This document shows, piece after piece, positions 28,817 through 40,241 of a stretch of DNA of 43,772 bases (positions are counted from its first letter, which is position 1; each line of letters starts with the position of its first letter). The stretch covers positions 1 through 43,772 of the forward strand of contig CAZWLZ010000001.1 in the NCBI GenBank assembly GCA_964634505.1, in the 5' to 3' direction. The translations under genes were made by a program, and so were the position numbers. The notes beneath the pieces were generated by a model. That model searched no databases, was not told the DNA's origin, and saw only the letters and a list, made by a program, of their open reading frames with translations. The stretch comes from an uncultured bacterium (GTDB taxonomy: Bacteria; Cyanobacteriota; Cyanobacteriia; Cyanobacteriales; Cyanobacteriaceae).

Positions 28817-28978
28817 AAAAAATCACCTAAAAATAAAATATCAATGTTATAGTTATCCAAACTGTAATTTTAGTTAATTATTGCTTAACAAAAAATAACC
28901 ATTAAATGAGACAATATAAAAAAATTGCTATTATTGTTAATTTTATTTTAAACTAGAAAACTATTTCTGCTGCGATGA

Positions 28979-29908
28979 ATGCTGCAACTGCCTAAAACCT
29001 TACAACCGAAACAACCGTTAGTCTCTTTAGAAGAGGCTTATGAATACTGTCGTCAAATTACAGCAAAGTATTCTAAAACTTTTTATTTGGGTACTTTGTT
29101 AATGCCTAAAGAAAAACGCACTGCTATTTGGGCTATCTATGTTTGGTGTCGTCGTACTGATGAATTAGTAGATGGCGCTCAAGCTAGATTAACTACGCCT
29201 GAAACCCTTGATTTATGGGAAAAACAGTTAGAATGTGTTTTTGATGGACAAGCTATTGATGATCCTGATGTGGCTTTAGTTGATACTTTAAAACGCTTTC
29301 CTATGGATATTCAGCCTTTTAGAGATATGATTGCCGGTCAGAGAATGGATTTATATCGTAATCGTTATGAAACTTTTGATGATTTGAAACTTTATTGTTA
29401 TCGAGTAGCCGGCACGGTAGGATTGATGTCCTCTGCGGTGTTGGGCTTTGAACAGAATTTAGTTAAAACCCCTTGGGATCAAGATAATCTAGTCTATAAT
29501 TCACAGGAAGAGGCGATCGCCTTAGGTTTAGCAAATCAATTAACGAACATTTTAAGAGACGTGGGAGAAGATGCCCAAAGAGGACGAATTTATTTACCTT
29601 TAGAAGATTTAAAATCTTTTAATTACTCAGAAAAAGAACTGTTAAACGGTGTAATTAATGAGAGATGGTGTAAATTAATGGATTTTCAAATTCAACGGGC
29701 TAGAAAATATTACCAATCGGCTGAGAAGGGCATTAGTTCACTAAATCCAGATTGTCGTTGGCCTGTATGGTCTGCTTTAATGTTATATCAAGGTATTCTT
29801 GATGTTATTGAAAAAAATCAATATGATGTTTTTAATAAAAGGGCTTTTGTACCCTCAAAAAATAAAATGCTTTATTTACCTATCGCTTGGTTAAGGTCTC
29901 AAATATGA
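28979..29908 (+). CDS. crtB: Phytoene synthase (mirror copy of 13865..14794)
   Basis: Exact mirror; identical 309-aa protein. Confidence 0.93.
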   Translation: MLQLPKTLQPKQPLVSLEEAYEYCRQITAKYSKTFYLGTLLMPKEKRTAIWAIYVWCRRTDELVDGAQARLTTPETLDLWEKQLECVFDGQAIDDPDVALVDTLKRFPMDIQPFRDMIAGQRMDLYRNRYETFDDLKLYCYRVAGTVGLMSSAVLGFEQNLVKTPWDQDNLVYNSQEEAIALGLANQLTNILRDVGEDAQRGRIYLPLEDLKSFNYSEKELLNGVINERWCKLMDFQIQRARKYYQSAEKGISSLNPDCRWPVWSALMLYQGILDVIEKNQYDVFNKRAFVPSKNKMLYLPIAWLRSQI

Positions 29909-30103
29909 TAAATTCTATGAGTTTATAGCTAAATTATCGTCAATCTAAATTATTAACTTTTTCGAGACTATTCACCTTTTGCTACTTTTTAGTTCGGTTT
30001 TAACTACCGAAAAATTGTTTTAATATGGTTATATTAGTTAAAAACAAACTGTTAATAATTAAATTTTGGAATTTAGATCAAAATTGATTACGGAGGAAAA
30101 ATC

Positions 30104-30439
30104 ATGAATCAATCATCGAATCAATCAAATTTTTTTGAAGGGAATGGCAATGATAATTTATTTTTAGAGTATCTTCAATCTTTAAGTCCAGATACGATTT
30201 CCCAATTATCTAAGCCTCAATCTCAAGAAGTATTTCAAGTGATGGAAAAAAATATCACGGGTTTACTAGGACATTTACCCCCAGAAAATTTTGGGGTTGT
30301 CATTAATACTAATCGAGAAAATTTAGGAAAATTACTTGCTTCTGCTATGATGAGTGGTTATTTTTTGCGTAATGCCGAACAAAGAATGAATTTTGAAAAG
30401 GCGATCGCCAGTGTTGATACGGAAATCATTGATAATTAA
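30104..30439 (+). CDS. Small conserved hypothetical, possibly DUF760 (mirror copy of 13334..13669)
   Basis: Exact mirror; identical 111-aa protein. Confidence 0.5.
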   Translation: MNQSSNQSNFFEGNGNDNLFLEYLQSLSPDTISQLSKPQSQEVFQVMEKNITGLLGHLPPENFGVVINTNRENLGKLLASAMMSGYFLRNAEQRMNFEKAIASVDTEIIDN

Positions 30440-30488
30440 TTTCTTTTTATCTATTCTCCATTTTTACTAATTCATCAATAATAAATTT

Positions 30489-31373
30489 ATGGTTAGTCCA
30501 TTAAAAATAAATACAGAATCAGAATCTCTTATTAGTAAAATTATCCGATTATTGCGATGGGATAAACCGGCTGGCCGCTTAATTTTAATGATTCCAGCTT
30601 TATGGGCTTTATTTTTAGCAGGAGAAGGAAAACCGCCTTTACTTTTAATTGGAATAATTGTAATTGGTAGTTTAGCAACCAGTGGGGCTGGTTGTGTTAT
30701 CAATGATTTATGGGATAGAGACATCGATCGAAAAGTAGAAAGAACAAAAAATCGTCCTCTAGCTTCTCGTGATTTATCAGTGAAAGTAGGCTTAGTAGTA
30801 GTTTTTATTGCCTTACTTTGTGCGGCTGAATTAGCTTTTTATCTTAATACTTTAACTTTTTGGCTTTGTGTGGCTTCTGTGCCTGTAATCGTCTGTTATC
30901 CCTTAGCAAAAAGGGTTTTCCCTATTCCTCAATTAATTTTATCTTTGGCTTGGGGTTTTGCCGTGTTAATTAGTTGGAGTGCCTTGACGGGTAGTCTTAA
31001 TTTTAATACTTGGGTTTTATGGGCAGCCACTGTTACTTGGACTTTAGGGTTTGATACGGTTTACGCTATGGCTGATAGGGAAGATGATTTAAAAATAGGG
31101 ATCAATTCTAGTGCTATTTTCTTTGGGGATTATACGGCTGATGCTATAGGGTTATTTTTTGCTCTGACTACGGGGTTATTTGCTTATTTAGGCATGGTAA
31201 TGCACTTAAACCTTATTTTTGGCATTTCATGGGCGATCGCCACTTTAGGCTGGATGATTCAATATATTTGTTTAAGAGAAAAGGAACTAGAAACTTCTGT
31301 TTATGGAGAAATTTTTAAGCAAAATGTTTTTTTAGGATTTGTTTTATTAATAGGAATAGTTTTTGGATTTTAA
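30489..31373 (+). CDS. ubiA: UbiA-family 4-hydroxybenzoate polyprenyltransferase (mirror copy of 12400..13284)
   Basis: Exact mirror; identical 294-aa protein. Confidence 0.88.
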   Translation: MVSPLKINTESESLISKIIRLLRWDKPAGRLILMIPALWALFLAGEGKPPLLLIGIIVIGSLATSGAGCVINDLWDRDIDRKVERTKNRPLASRDLSVKVGLVVVFIALLCAAELAFYLNTLTFWLCVASVPVIVCYPLAKRVFPIPQLILSLAWGFAVLISWSALTGSLNFNTWVLWAATVTWTLGFDTVYAMADREDDLKIGINSSAIFFGDYTADAIGLFFALTTGLFAYLGMVMHLNLIFGISWAIATLGWMIQYICLREKELETSVYGEIFKQNVFLGFVLLIGIVFGF

Positions 31374-31417
31374 TTTGAATTTTATCCCCCTAACCTTCTA
31401 AAAAAGGGGGCATAAGA

Positions 31418-33073
31418 TTAAAATTGTAAAAATTTAGCTAAAGCGGGTAAATTTTCATCTTTTTCAAGCCAAACCGAAACCGAACCTCCATTACAGCGAA
31501 ATTCTGCCCAACCATCTTGATTGGTTTTAATCGGTTCATTAATATTACCAGTAATATCATAAAATAGAGTGTTAGCTTTACCTACCTCCATCCATTTCGT
31601 GCCACCATCACCATTAGTAAGAATAACAGCCATGGCGTTGGGATAATCTTTATTGCCAAGACGAGTCCATCCTATCGTATTAGAATGATCAAAATAATCG
31701 TATTGTAATCCATAGGCAAAATATTGACGGGCAACTAAAAGGCGATCGATAATTTCTTGATGAGAATCCATCCAAATCTCGTACTCATTACCATCCTTCC
31801 CTTTATCAATATAATGAGCACCATAATAATCAGCATAAAAAATACAAGGATAACCCTCAGCTCGTAATAAAATAATTGCATAAGCTAAAGGTTTAAACCA
31901 AGATTCCACCAAAGATTCTAATGATTGTAGAGGTTGGGTATCGTGATTATCAACTAAAGTGACGGCAAATAAAGGTAAATGCTTCATTAATGTACCATCT
32001 AAAATTGAACGCATATCATAACTATTACCAGCTTTACTTGCTTGATGGAAATTATAATGTAAAGGTGCATCAAATAAATTAACTTGCCCTCCAGCATTAC
32101 CAATATACCAACTTAAGGCACTCAAATCATAACTCCAATACTCCCCTACACAAAAAATATGGCTTTTGACATGATCTTCTAAATGGTCAATCCAATCGGG
32201 AAAAAAATCACCATTAATGTGTTTAATCGCATCAAATCGAAAACCATCTATCCCAAATTCATCTAACATCCATTCACCCCAATACTTTAATTCTCCTCGC
32301 ACTTCTGGATGATCAATATCCAAATCACAACCCATTAAATAATCATAATTGCCTTTTTCAAGATCAACTTTAGTATCAAAGATTTTTTCACTTCTCCGCC
32401 ACACTGCTTTAAAATCCGGCTCATAACTATTAAAATCAACGGCATCAAAATGCCAAGAATGCCATTTCATGCTAGAATACTTGTCGCCTCTTCCCTTAAA
32501 ATCGAAACCTGTCCAAGATTTAATTTTACGAGATTCTCCTAAAGCATGATTGCGATTTTGATTATCAAAGGGAATGGCGTCAAATTCTTCTTCATAATCA
32601 GCAGCCATTTTATGGTTAAAAACCACATCAGCATAAATATCAATTTCTCTCTCTTTGCAGCTTTTAATAGCAGCTACATACTCATTTTTAGTACCGTATT
32701 TCGTCCGAATAGAGCCTTTTTGATCAAATTCTCCTAGATCAAATAAATCATAAACTCCGTAACCTACATCATAACCACCGCTTCCGCCTTTACAAGCTGG
32801 AGGTAACCAAAGGGCAGTAATACCCGCTTCAGCAAGATTTTTAGCTTCTTTTGTCAAATTTTGCCAATGAGTGCCATCAGGGGGTAAATACCAATGAAAC
32901 CATTGCATCATCGTACCATTAGAGGGTTTAAGTTTTTTTCGTTCAATGACTTTAGATTCATGAGTGTTTAACCATTCTTGTAAAGATTTTTGAATTTCTG
33001 CACTAATTTCCGTAGTGAATTGTTTTCCAAAAGAGTTAAATACTTGTTGAAGTTCACGAAATGGATTACTCAT
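31418..33073 (-). CDS. amyA: GH13 alpha-amylase (mirror copy of 10700..12355)
   Basis: Exact mirror; identical 551-aa protein. Confidence 0.9.
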   Translation of the reverse strand: MSNPFRELQQVFNSFGKQFTTEISAEIQKSLQEWLNTHESKVIERKKLKPSNGTMMQWFHWYLPPDGTHWQNLTKEAKNLAEAGITALWLPPACKGGSGGYDVGYGVYDLFDLGEFDQKGSIRTKYGTKNEYVAAIKSCKEREIDIYADVVFNHKMAADYEEEFDAIPFDNQNRNHALGESRKIKSWTGFDFKGRGDKYSSMKWHSWHFDAVDFNSYEPDFKAVWRRSEKIFDTKVDLEKGNYDYLMGCDLDIDHPEVRGELKYWGEWMLDEFGIDGFRFDAIKHINGDFFPDWIDHLEDHVKSHIFCVGEYWSYDLSALSWYIGNAGGQVNLFDAPLHYNFHQASKAGNSYDMRSILDGTLMKHLPLFAVTLVDNHDTQPLQSLESLVESWFKPLAYAIILLRAEGYPCIFYADYYGAHYIDKGKDGNEYEIWMDSHQEIIDRLLVARQYFAYGLQYDYFDHSNTIGWTRLGNKDYPNAMAVILTNGDGGTKWMEVGKANTLFYDITGNINEPIKTNQDGWAEFRCNGGSVSVWLEKDENLPALAKFLQF

Positions 33074-33201
33074 AATTTTTATTTTGATATAGTATAATTT
33101 AAATTTATTAACTTTTTATTATTGATTTTTGTCTATACAATTGTGATTTAGATGTATCATTATAGGTTAATTTTTAGCAGAATAAGAATTTATCCTAATG
33201 T

Positions 33202-33873
33202 TTACTTAATGGCGATCGCATAAATAGACTCTTTTTGCCTATATTTATGATCAATTTCTGGATCAAATATTGATGGTTGAACTTCAGAAAAACCAGCTTT
33301 TTTCAACATAGCTAAAAGGTTATTTTCATCAAACATATATTTATGTTCACCGCCCATATATGCCATATAATTTAAGTAGTCAATATCAGTATCAGTTTTA
33401 TCAAAATAAATTGTATTTTTTGTATTTTCTTCTATTCCTAATTGATCCGTTTTTTGTTCATAATAACTATTAATATATATTTTGGCATTAGGTACACAAA
33501 TTTTTAAGATTCCTTGCGGTTTTAAAAGGCGATAACATTCTTTAACTATTTTCAAACTATCTTGATAATAAAAATGTTCTAAAACATGAGAAGAATAAAT
33601 TTGACTAACGCTATTATCTGGTAGTGGTAACGGTAAAAAAATGTTCCAATACAGATCGCATATATCACATATATCAACAGTTGTCCAGCCATTTTCTCCT
33701 CTTCTATTTCCCGAACCTAAATCTATTTTTATTGGTTCATTTTTAGCAAGTAAAATCTCAGCTTGTTTTCTGCCTTTTGCTAATTTTTTTTGTTGCAATT
33801 TTTCCCATTTTGCCTCTTTAATTCCTTTTAAAATATAACTAGGAATTAAGTCTTTTATTTTATTTTTAATCAT
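33202..33873 (-). CDS. Class I SAM-dependent methyltransferase (mirror copy of 9900..10571)
   Basis: Exact mirror; identical 223-aa protein. Confidence 0.75.
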   Translation of the reverse strand: MIKNKIKDLIPSYILKGIKEAKWEKLQQKKLAKGRKQAEILLAKNEPIKIDLGSGNRRGENGWTTVDICDICDLYWNIFLPLPLPDNSVSQIYSSHVLEHFYYQDSLKIVKECYRLLKPQGILKICVPNAKIYINSYYEQKTDQLGIEENTKNTIYFDKTDTDIDYLNYMAYMGGEHKYMFDENNLLAMLKKAGFSEVQPSIFDPEIDHKYRQKESIYAIAIK

Positions 33874-33914
33874 CTTATTTTTGGTTATTTATTGGTTTAA
33901 AAATTAATAATAAA

Positions 33915-35519
33915 TTATAATTTGTGATCTGGAATTGCTTCAAATAAATGTTTAATTAAAGTCTCTTTATTTAACACTGTTTTTAAATGTTCCCAAGGTA
34001 AAATTTGACTCGTTTTCCAATGACTATACACATAGTAATCTAAATCTGGTAATTGTCCTTTTAATTCTTTAAATGCTCTTCTAAAACTACCTAAAGTATC
34101 TCCATAATTTCTTGTTAATTCTAATATTTTACTTATTCGGCGATCGCCACGAGATATTAAAGCCTGTATAACTGACCAATTATAACTTTCGGGACGAAAA
34201 TCTACCCCTTTTTTGCCTAATTGTTTTTGAAAAAATTTAAGTCGCCTCTGAGATTCTTTATTAACTCCAAACCATTGAAAAGGGGTATGAGCTTTAGGGA
34301 CAAATGTACTACAACCGAAGGTAAAACGTAATGAAGGGGCAACTTTTTTAAGAGTTTCTAACATCAGAATAGTTGCCTCTAAATCAGCGTCATTTTCAGT
34401 AGGAATACCAACCATGCCATAAAATTTAATACTTTTTAAACCGCCATTTTTAGCATTAATAACCGCAGTTATAATCTCCTCATTTTTCAACTTTTTATTA
34501 ATAACATTTCTTAAAATTTCTGAACCACTTTCGACAGCAATAGTAATAGATTTGGTGTTTCTTTTCGTTAAAATGGTAGCCAATTTTTCCGTGACAGTAT
34601 TAGTGCGCACAGAAGCAATACTTAATCGTAAATCAGCATATTTTTCTTGATTTAAGTAATCTAATAAAGACTCAAATTCTGGATGTTGAGTAACAGAAGC
34701 ACCCAATAATCCTAGCCTATTTGTTACTTTTAAACCCTTCTCAATAGCAGGTATTAAAGAAGTTTCTAAATTAGCACTACGAAAAGGTAAAGTAAGATAA
34801 CTTGCCAAACAAAAACGGCACATTTCAGGGCAACTTCTAACCACTTCTACCATATAAATATTTTCCCAGGCTGCCTTGTCTGTAACAACGGTAGAAGCAG
34901 ACAAAATATTACCTCGATAAGTTTGTTTTTCTACTTCAATCGGAACATTTTTGTTAATAGGTAAAATTGATTTAATTTCACTCTCTAAATCATGATAATT
35001 AACCTCATATAAACTAGGTATATAAATGCCAGAAATTGTAGCAAGATGAAGTAATTTTATTTCACGATTTTCTTGTTTTACTTGTTGATAATTATTAATA
35101 AAACTATCAAGTAAATTTTCACCATCACCCAATAAAATGACATCAAAAAAATTAGCAAAAGGTTCAGGATTAGCAGTCAAAACAGGGCCTCCTCCGAATA
35201 CTAAAGGGTGATAATTTTCTCGGTCTTTAGTATTAAAAGGAATCTGTAAAAAATCTAATAAATTTAAGATATTTATATAGTCTAATTCCCAAGAAAAAGA
35301 AAACCCAATTAAATCTGGATTTTTAGGTAAATTTTCATAAATATCAGTAAAAAGACGAGCAACTTCTACATCTTTTCTTTGGGCTAAATTTGCCCATATA
35401 ATTTGATAACCTAGGCTAGTAATTCCGACACTATAAGTATTAGGAAAAGCGAAAACTATTTTAATACTATTTTCTTCCGATTTAACAGGAGTAAAAAGTA
35501 ATTTTTCTGATTCAAACAT
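33915..35519 (-). CDS. Radical SAM protein (mirror copy of 8254..9858)
   Basis: Exact mirror; identical 534-aa protein. Confidence 0.85.
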   Translation of the reverse strand: MFESEKLLFTPVKSEENSIKIVFAFPNTYSVGITSLGYQIIWANLAQRKDVEVARLFTDIYENLPKNPDLIGFSFSWELDYINILNLLDFLQIPFNTKDRENYHPLVFGGGPVLTANPEPFANFFDVILLGDGENLLDSFINNYQQVKQENREIKLLHLATISGIYIPSLYEVNYHDLESEIKSILPINKNVPIEVEKQTYRGNILSASTVVTDKAAWENIYMVEVVRSCPEMCRFCLASYLTLPFRSANLETSLIPAIEKGLKVTNRLGLLGASVTQHPEFESLLDYLNQEKYADLRLSIASVRTNTVTEKLATILTKRNTKSITIAVESGSEILRNVINKKLKNEEIITAVINAKNGGLKSIKFYGMVGIPTENDADLEATILMLETLKKVAPSLRFTFGCSTFVPKAHTPFQWFGVNKESQRRLKFFQKQLGKKGVDFRPESYNWSVIQALISRGDRRISKILELTRNYGDTLGSFRRAFKELKGQLPDLDYYVYSHWKTSQILPWEHLKTVLNKETLIKHLFEAIPDHKL

Positions 35520-35769
35520 AGATTTTATTTTAATAATTGAAAATACTAATTTTTTGGTGAAAAATTTTCATAAGTTGATAAAAAATTGAATATGATATTT
35601 GTTTTAATTAATTTGTCTATTGCTATAGTATGATTAGGATAAAAAGTTATTTTGATTATTTTGTTTTGTCTCGGTTTTTGTTGGGTTTAATGCTTTAACC
35701 CAACCTATAATAATTAAACACTTTAGACTATAGCTATAAAAAATTTTTTTCACTTAAACTTACTTTTTA

Positions 35770-36438
35770 ATGAATATAAATCAATTAGAAACTTGGTTAC
35801 CTTACTTAAAATCAGAAATCGAACAACCTTATTTTATTTTGTTACAAAAATTTATTAATCAAGAAAGAAAGAAATATCAAATATTTCCTTCTGAAGAGGA
35901 AGTGTTTACTGCTTTTCAATTAACTCCCTTCCCAGAAGTAAAGGTTGTAATTTTAGGACAAGACCCTTATCATAATGTTAATCAAGCTCATGGTTTAAGT
36001 TTTTCGGTGAAAAAAGGAGCAAAAATACCTCCTTCTTTAGATAACATTTTCAAAGAGTTAAATCAAGATCAAAAATTACCTATACCAACTCACGGGGATT
36101 TATCGAATTGGGCAAAACAAGGAATTTTGATGCTTAATACAGTTTTAACGGTAAGAATCCATGAAGCCAATTCTCATAAAGATAAAGGTTGGGAAATGTT
36201 TACAAATGCTGTAATTAGCTTACTTAATCGCAATTCTAATCCTATTATATTCGTACTTTGGGGGCAATTTGCTCAAAGAAAAATTGAGTTAATTAATACC
36301 GCAAAACATTTTATAATTAAATCCCCCCATCCTTCCCCTTTTTCTGCAAATAAAGGTTTTTTTGGTAGTAAACCTTTTTCTCAAATTAATTTAGCCTTAC
36401 AAAAATCTTCTCAATCTCCTATAAATTGGGAATTATAG
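35770..36438 (+). CDS. ung: Uracil-DNA glycosylase (mirror copy of 7335..8003)
   Basis: Exact mirror; identical 222-aa protein. Confidence 0.93.
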   Translation: MNINQLETWLPYLKSEIEQPYFILLQKFINQERKKYQIFPSEEEVFTAFQLTPFPEVKVVILGQDPYHNVNQAHGLSFSVKKGAKIPPSLDNIFKELNQDQKLPIPTHGDLSNWAKQGILMLNTVLTVRIHEANSHKDKGWEMFTNAVISLLNRNSNPIIFVLWGQFAQRKIELINTAKHFIIKSPHPSPFSANKGFFGSKPFSQINLALQKSSQSPINWEL

Positions 36439-36474
36439 TTATAATTACAAATTTTAAATTTTTTATTATTTTAT

Positions 36475-37125
36475 ATGAATATTCAATCATTAGAATCTGA
36501 CACTATTGTTTATAAAGGTGAATACGGTAATTTTACGATTAATGATGGCGATCGCCAAGAAGTCATTATTTATCGTTTAAGTTTATTTTTAGCTAGTTTT
36601 AGCTTTGCTATGGGGACTGTTTTAATCTTATGGAAAGGGGCAAATGAGAACGTTTTAGATACTTTAACGCCACTTTTTGCAATTTTTGCCCTGAGTTTAA
36701 TAATAAGCCTATCTACTATCCATATTTACTTAGCATTTTTACATAATTTATTAAAAATATTTTGGTTAATTGGTACAATTTCAGCCATAATTATCAACCT
36801 AAAAAGTGATCAATCATTAGTTTTATTTATATATGAAAATCCTTTAAATCTGTTAGGAATAGGCTTTATTTTTGCAGCCTTAACAGGCATTTATTTTAAA
36901 GAAGGAATTTGTTTTAATCGTTTAGAAACAAAAATTTTAACCATACTTGTTCCATTCTTATTATTAGGACACTTATTAGGGTTTTTACCCTTATTAATCG
37001 AAAAAATTTTATTAGCTAGTTGGGCATTATTATTTATTGTTTTTGCCCTTCGTAAATTTACCCAAGCAATCCCCTCTGATATTGGTGATAAATCAGTTTT
37101 TGCTTACTTAAAATCAAAAAAATAA
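36475..37125 (+). CDS. Multi-pass membrane protein (mirror copy of 6648..7298)
   Basis: Exact mirror; identical 216-aa protein. Confidence 0.6.
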   Translation: MNIQSLESDTIVYKGEYGNFTINDGDRQEVIIYRLSLFLASFSFAMGTVLILWKGANENVLDTLTPLFAIFALSLIISLSTIHIYLAFLHNLLKIFWLIGTISAIIINLKSDQSLVLFIYENPLNLLGIGFIFAALTGIYFKEGICFNRLETKILTILVPFLLLGHLLGFLPLLIEKILLASWALLFIVFALRKFTQAIPSDIGDKSVFAYLKSKK

Positions 37126-37145
37126 GCATAAATAAAATTAATCAA

Positions 37146-37772
37146 TTAAGGTAAAAGTAATTCTGCCCCTTTTGGCGATGGTAAAGGAGGAGGAGAAGGA
37201 GTAGTCGGTTTTATAGTGGGAGTGGGAGTAGAATTAGAATTTTGATCAATACTTGGATTATAAATACTAACTAAAATAGCAACTAATTGATCTCGTTGAG
37301 ATATAGTTAAATTATCGATCGCCTTTTGGTCTAAAATTAGGGGGTTTTCTGTTAAAGTGCTAACACCCGGATAACGATTAGGTAAAATAACTTCATTAGC
37401 ATTCAAATAATCAGCCAAAGTCAACTTCCAATCAAGACGAAAAGCAGTCGGACGAGCTTTAACATACTGATGATAACGAACAATTCTACTAATTAAAGTA
37501 TTATCTAAATCAACTGCCTTAGAATCTTGACGAAGATATTGATTTTCTTTAGGAAAATCGGGTATTTTTTCATAAACTTGTTTAGCCACGATTTCAGGAG
37601 TCAGACTTTGGGCAAAAACAGGTTTTAAAAAACTATTATTCGCAAAATCTGGTTGTTTAGGAGTAATATTGGCTACCCAAAAAGGCAAAATAAAGCCAAT
37701 GAGGGAAGCTAAAAATAACTCTAAAGTATTTTTCCATAATTTATGGTGAAAAATAAAGCTAGATTTCTTCAT
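37146..37772 (-). CDS. Hypothetical signal-anchored Pro/Thr-tailed protein (mirror copy of 6001..6627)
   Basis: Exact mirror; identical 208-aa protein. Confidence 0.6.
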   Translation of the reverse strand: MKKSSFIFHHKLWKNTLELFLASLIGFILPFWVANITPKQPDFANNSFLKPVFAQSLTPEIVAKQVYEKIPDFPKENQYLRQDSKAVDLDNTLISRIVRYHQYVKARPTAFRLDWKLTLADYLNANEVILPNRYPGVSTLTENPLILDQKAIDNLTISQRDQLVAILVSIYNPSIDQNSNSTPTPTIKPTTPSPPPLPSPKGAELLLP

Positions 37773-37996
37773 GAGTCGCTAATAATATCATTTTCTGTTA
37801 ATTCGTCAGCCATTTCAACGATCGCCCGTAAAACTGGTTTCATCACTTCATCTAAATTATCATAATCCTCAAAGCGTCTTTGTTTGGCACGTTTAGCAAC
37901 TTGTACAGTGATGCGATAGCGATTAGAAGCGGCATCTAATAATTCATCGCTACGATACATAATTTTAGAAGAATCGAAACTAGGTTTTTTAAACAT
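37769..37996 (-). CDS. rpoZ: RNA polymerase omega subunit (mirror copy of 5777..6004)
   Basis: Exact mirror, using the ATG start rather than the upstream TTG. Confidence 0.9.
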   Translation of the reverse strand: MFKKPSFDSSKIMYRSDELLDAASNRYRITVQVAKRAKQRRFEDYDNLDEVMKPVLRAIVEMADELTENDIISDS

Positions 37997-38367
37997 TTTT
38001 TTTGCTGATTTGAACAAAAGTATAGTTATTACTTAGATTTTATTTTATAACACATTTATTAATTTTTATGGTAATTTGTTATTAAAAATTGTATTGTATA
38101 AAAACTTTTCTCTATCTCCAAATGTAAATAATTATTAAAAAAAATATTAACAATATTGATATAAAATAGTAATGACTTTATTTTTAAGGGTATTAATGAA
38201 AATTAATGAAAAAATAATTAATTACCAAGTACAGAAATAATGCTAGTTAGATGCAGTTAGGCAACAGTTATGATAGAATTACTAAGTTAGCTAGCTTCAT
38301 TTATCGCAAAGGATATAAAGAATATTATCGATAGCATTTACTAGTTTGAGGTAAGAATAATCAATCG

Positions 38368-40149
38368 ATGAGAGATAAACAACAGTTGCTTGAAGAGTTG
38401 CATGAAATAGCCAGAAAACGTGGTGGTTGCTGTCTTTCTAATGAATATGTAAATTGTACCAATAAGCTACTTTTTAAGTGCAAGCATGGACATCAGTTTG
38501 AATCTTGCCGAGATTATCTTAAGGCTGGTAACTGGTGTCCATTCTGTGCTGGGAAGGGAAGAACTATTCAGGATTTACGGGACTTAGCAAGTAAATTTGG
38601 TGGAGAATGCTTATCTGAAAATTTTCTAGGCATGAAAACCAAACACATTTGGAAATGTGCAGAAGGACATCAGTGGGAGGCTATTCCACAGAATATTCAA
38701 ACTTTGGGCAGGTGGTGTCCAGTGTGTGGACGAGCCAAAAGCGACAAAAATCGGAGAAAGCATACTGTCAAAGATATGCAAGACTTAGCAAGTTCATTTG
38801 GAGGTATGTGTCTATCATCTCAATTTGAAAGTGTCATCAAGAAATTAACTTGGCAATGTTCACAGGGGCATATTTGGGAAGCTGATGCACATCATGTCAA
38901 GAATGGAAGATGGTGTCCCAAATGTGCTCTGAAAATTCGTGCAGAAAAACGAAAAACGCACACGATAGAGGAAATGCAAACATTTGCTGTTAGTAAGGGT
39001 GGTGTATGCCTATCTGTCAAATTTGTTAATGTTAAAGACCATCTCTTATGGAAGTGTGCTGAAGGTCATCAATGGATGGCTAATGCTGACAACATTATCA
39101 ATGGGGGGAAATGGTGTCCTACTTGTGCAGGAAACCAATTAAAGACCATCGAAGATATGCAAAGAATTGCATTAGAACGTGGGGGAAAATGCTTGTCAAC
39201 CGTTTATGAAAGAGTTAATAAGAAACTTTTGTGGGAATGTCAGGAGGGACATCGCTGGGAAACAATTCCATCAGTTATTTTTAGAGGAGGCTGGTGTACT
39301 ACTTGCAGTGCTGGATTAGGAGAACGTATCTGTCGAGAATTTTTTGAACAGCTTTTGGAGCATCCTTTCAAAAAGGCTAGACCAAATTGGCTTCGTAATT
39401 CTGATGGTTATCAAATGGAACTAGATGGTTATTCTCAAACTTTAAAGATTGCGTTTGAGCATCAGGGAACGCAACATTACAGAAGCATTAAATTCTTTGA
39501 TTCTTCAAAAACTAAGTTAAAGAAGATTCAAGAAAATGATCAAAAAAAGCGTGATTTATGCAGAAATAATGGAATAACTCTTATAGAAGTTCCATCCATT
39601 TTAGAAATACTTGGCATTGAAAATGTTAAATTTTTTATTAGTGAGGAATTGTTAAAAAATGGTATTCCGCTACCTTCTAACTTTGAAAATAAAGAGGTCA
39701 GCTTAAGCTCAGTTTACTCTCCTAATAAATTAGGAGAATTGCAGGCTATTGCACTCGAGCGTGATGGAAAACTAATTTCTGAGAAATACTTGGGGATATT
39801 TGAACACTTAGAATGGGAATGTGCCAAGGGTCATCGGTTTAGAGCTGCACCAAATAACGTAAAGAATAGCGGTAGTTGGTGTCCAAAATGTCTTGGCAGA
39901 GGTAGAAATATCCAAGATATGCACGCTGTAGCAGTTGCCCGTGGTGGGAAGTGTTTATCAACAAAGTACGTTAATAGTATCACCCCTCTTCTCTGGGAGT
40001 GCCAAGAAAGCCACCAATGGAATGCTAGACCTAGTAATGTGCTTTTTGGTACGTGGTGTCCTATCTGTGCTAAGAAAAATAGATCACTCAGTCGACGAAA
40101 AGCATCTAAACAAACGCCACCTATCCGCCATTTGTATCCGACTGATTAA
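38368..40149 (+). CDS. Seven-repeat zinc-ribbon protein with PD-(D/E)xK/Vsr-like nuclease core (mirror copy of 3624..5405)
   Basis: Exact mirror; identical 593-aa protein. Codons read directly on this strand: D353 = GAT 39424-39426, E364 = GAG 39457-39459, Q366 = CAG 39463-39465. Confidence 0.7.
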   Translation: MRDKQQLLEELHEIARKRGGCCLSNEYVNCTNKLLFKCKHGHQFESCRDYLKAGNWCPFCAGKGRTIQDLRDLASKFGGECLSENFLGMKTKHIWKCAEGHQWEAIPQNIQTLGRWCPVCGRAKSDKNRRKHTVKDMQDLASSFGGMCLSSQFESVIKKLTWQCSQGHIWEADAHHVKNGRWCPKCALKIRAEKRKTHTIEEMQTFAVSKGGVCLSVKFVNVKDHLLWKCAEGHQWMANADNIINGGKWCPTCAGNQLKTIEDMQRIALERGGKCLSTVYERVNKKLLWECQEGHRWETIPSVIFRGGWCTTCSAGLGERICREFFEQLLEHPFKKARPNWLRNSDGYQMELDGYSQTLKIAFEHQGTQHYRSIKFFDSSKTKLKKIQENDQKKRDLCRNNGITLIEVPSILEILGIENVKFFISEELLKNGIPLPSNFENKEVSLSSVYSPNKLGELQAIALERDGKLISEKYLGIFEHLEWECAKGHRFRAAPNNVKNSGSWCPKCLGRGRNIQDMHAVAVARGGKCLSTKYVNSITPLLWECQESHQWNARPSNVLFGTWCPICAKKNRSLSRRKASKQTPPIRHLYPTD

Positions 40150-40241
40150 CAAGATCGCCAGTAGCCAATATATTTCAATTGAGGTATAAAACTTAACATT
40201 CCCATTTATTGCTATTTTTACTTGAAATTTTCTAATAAGTC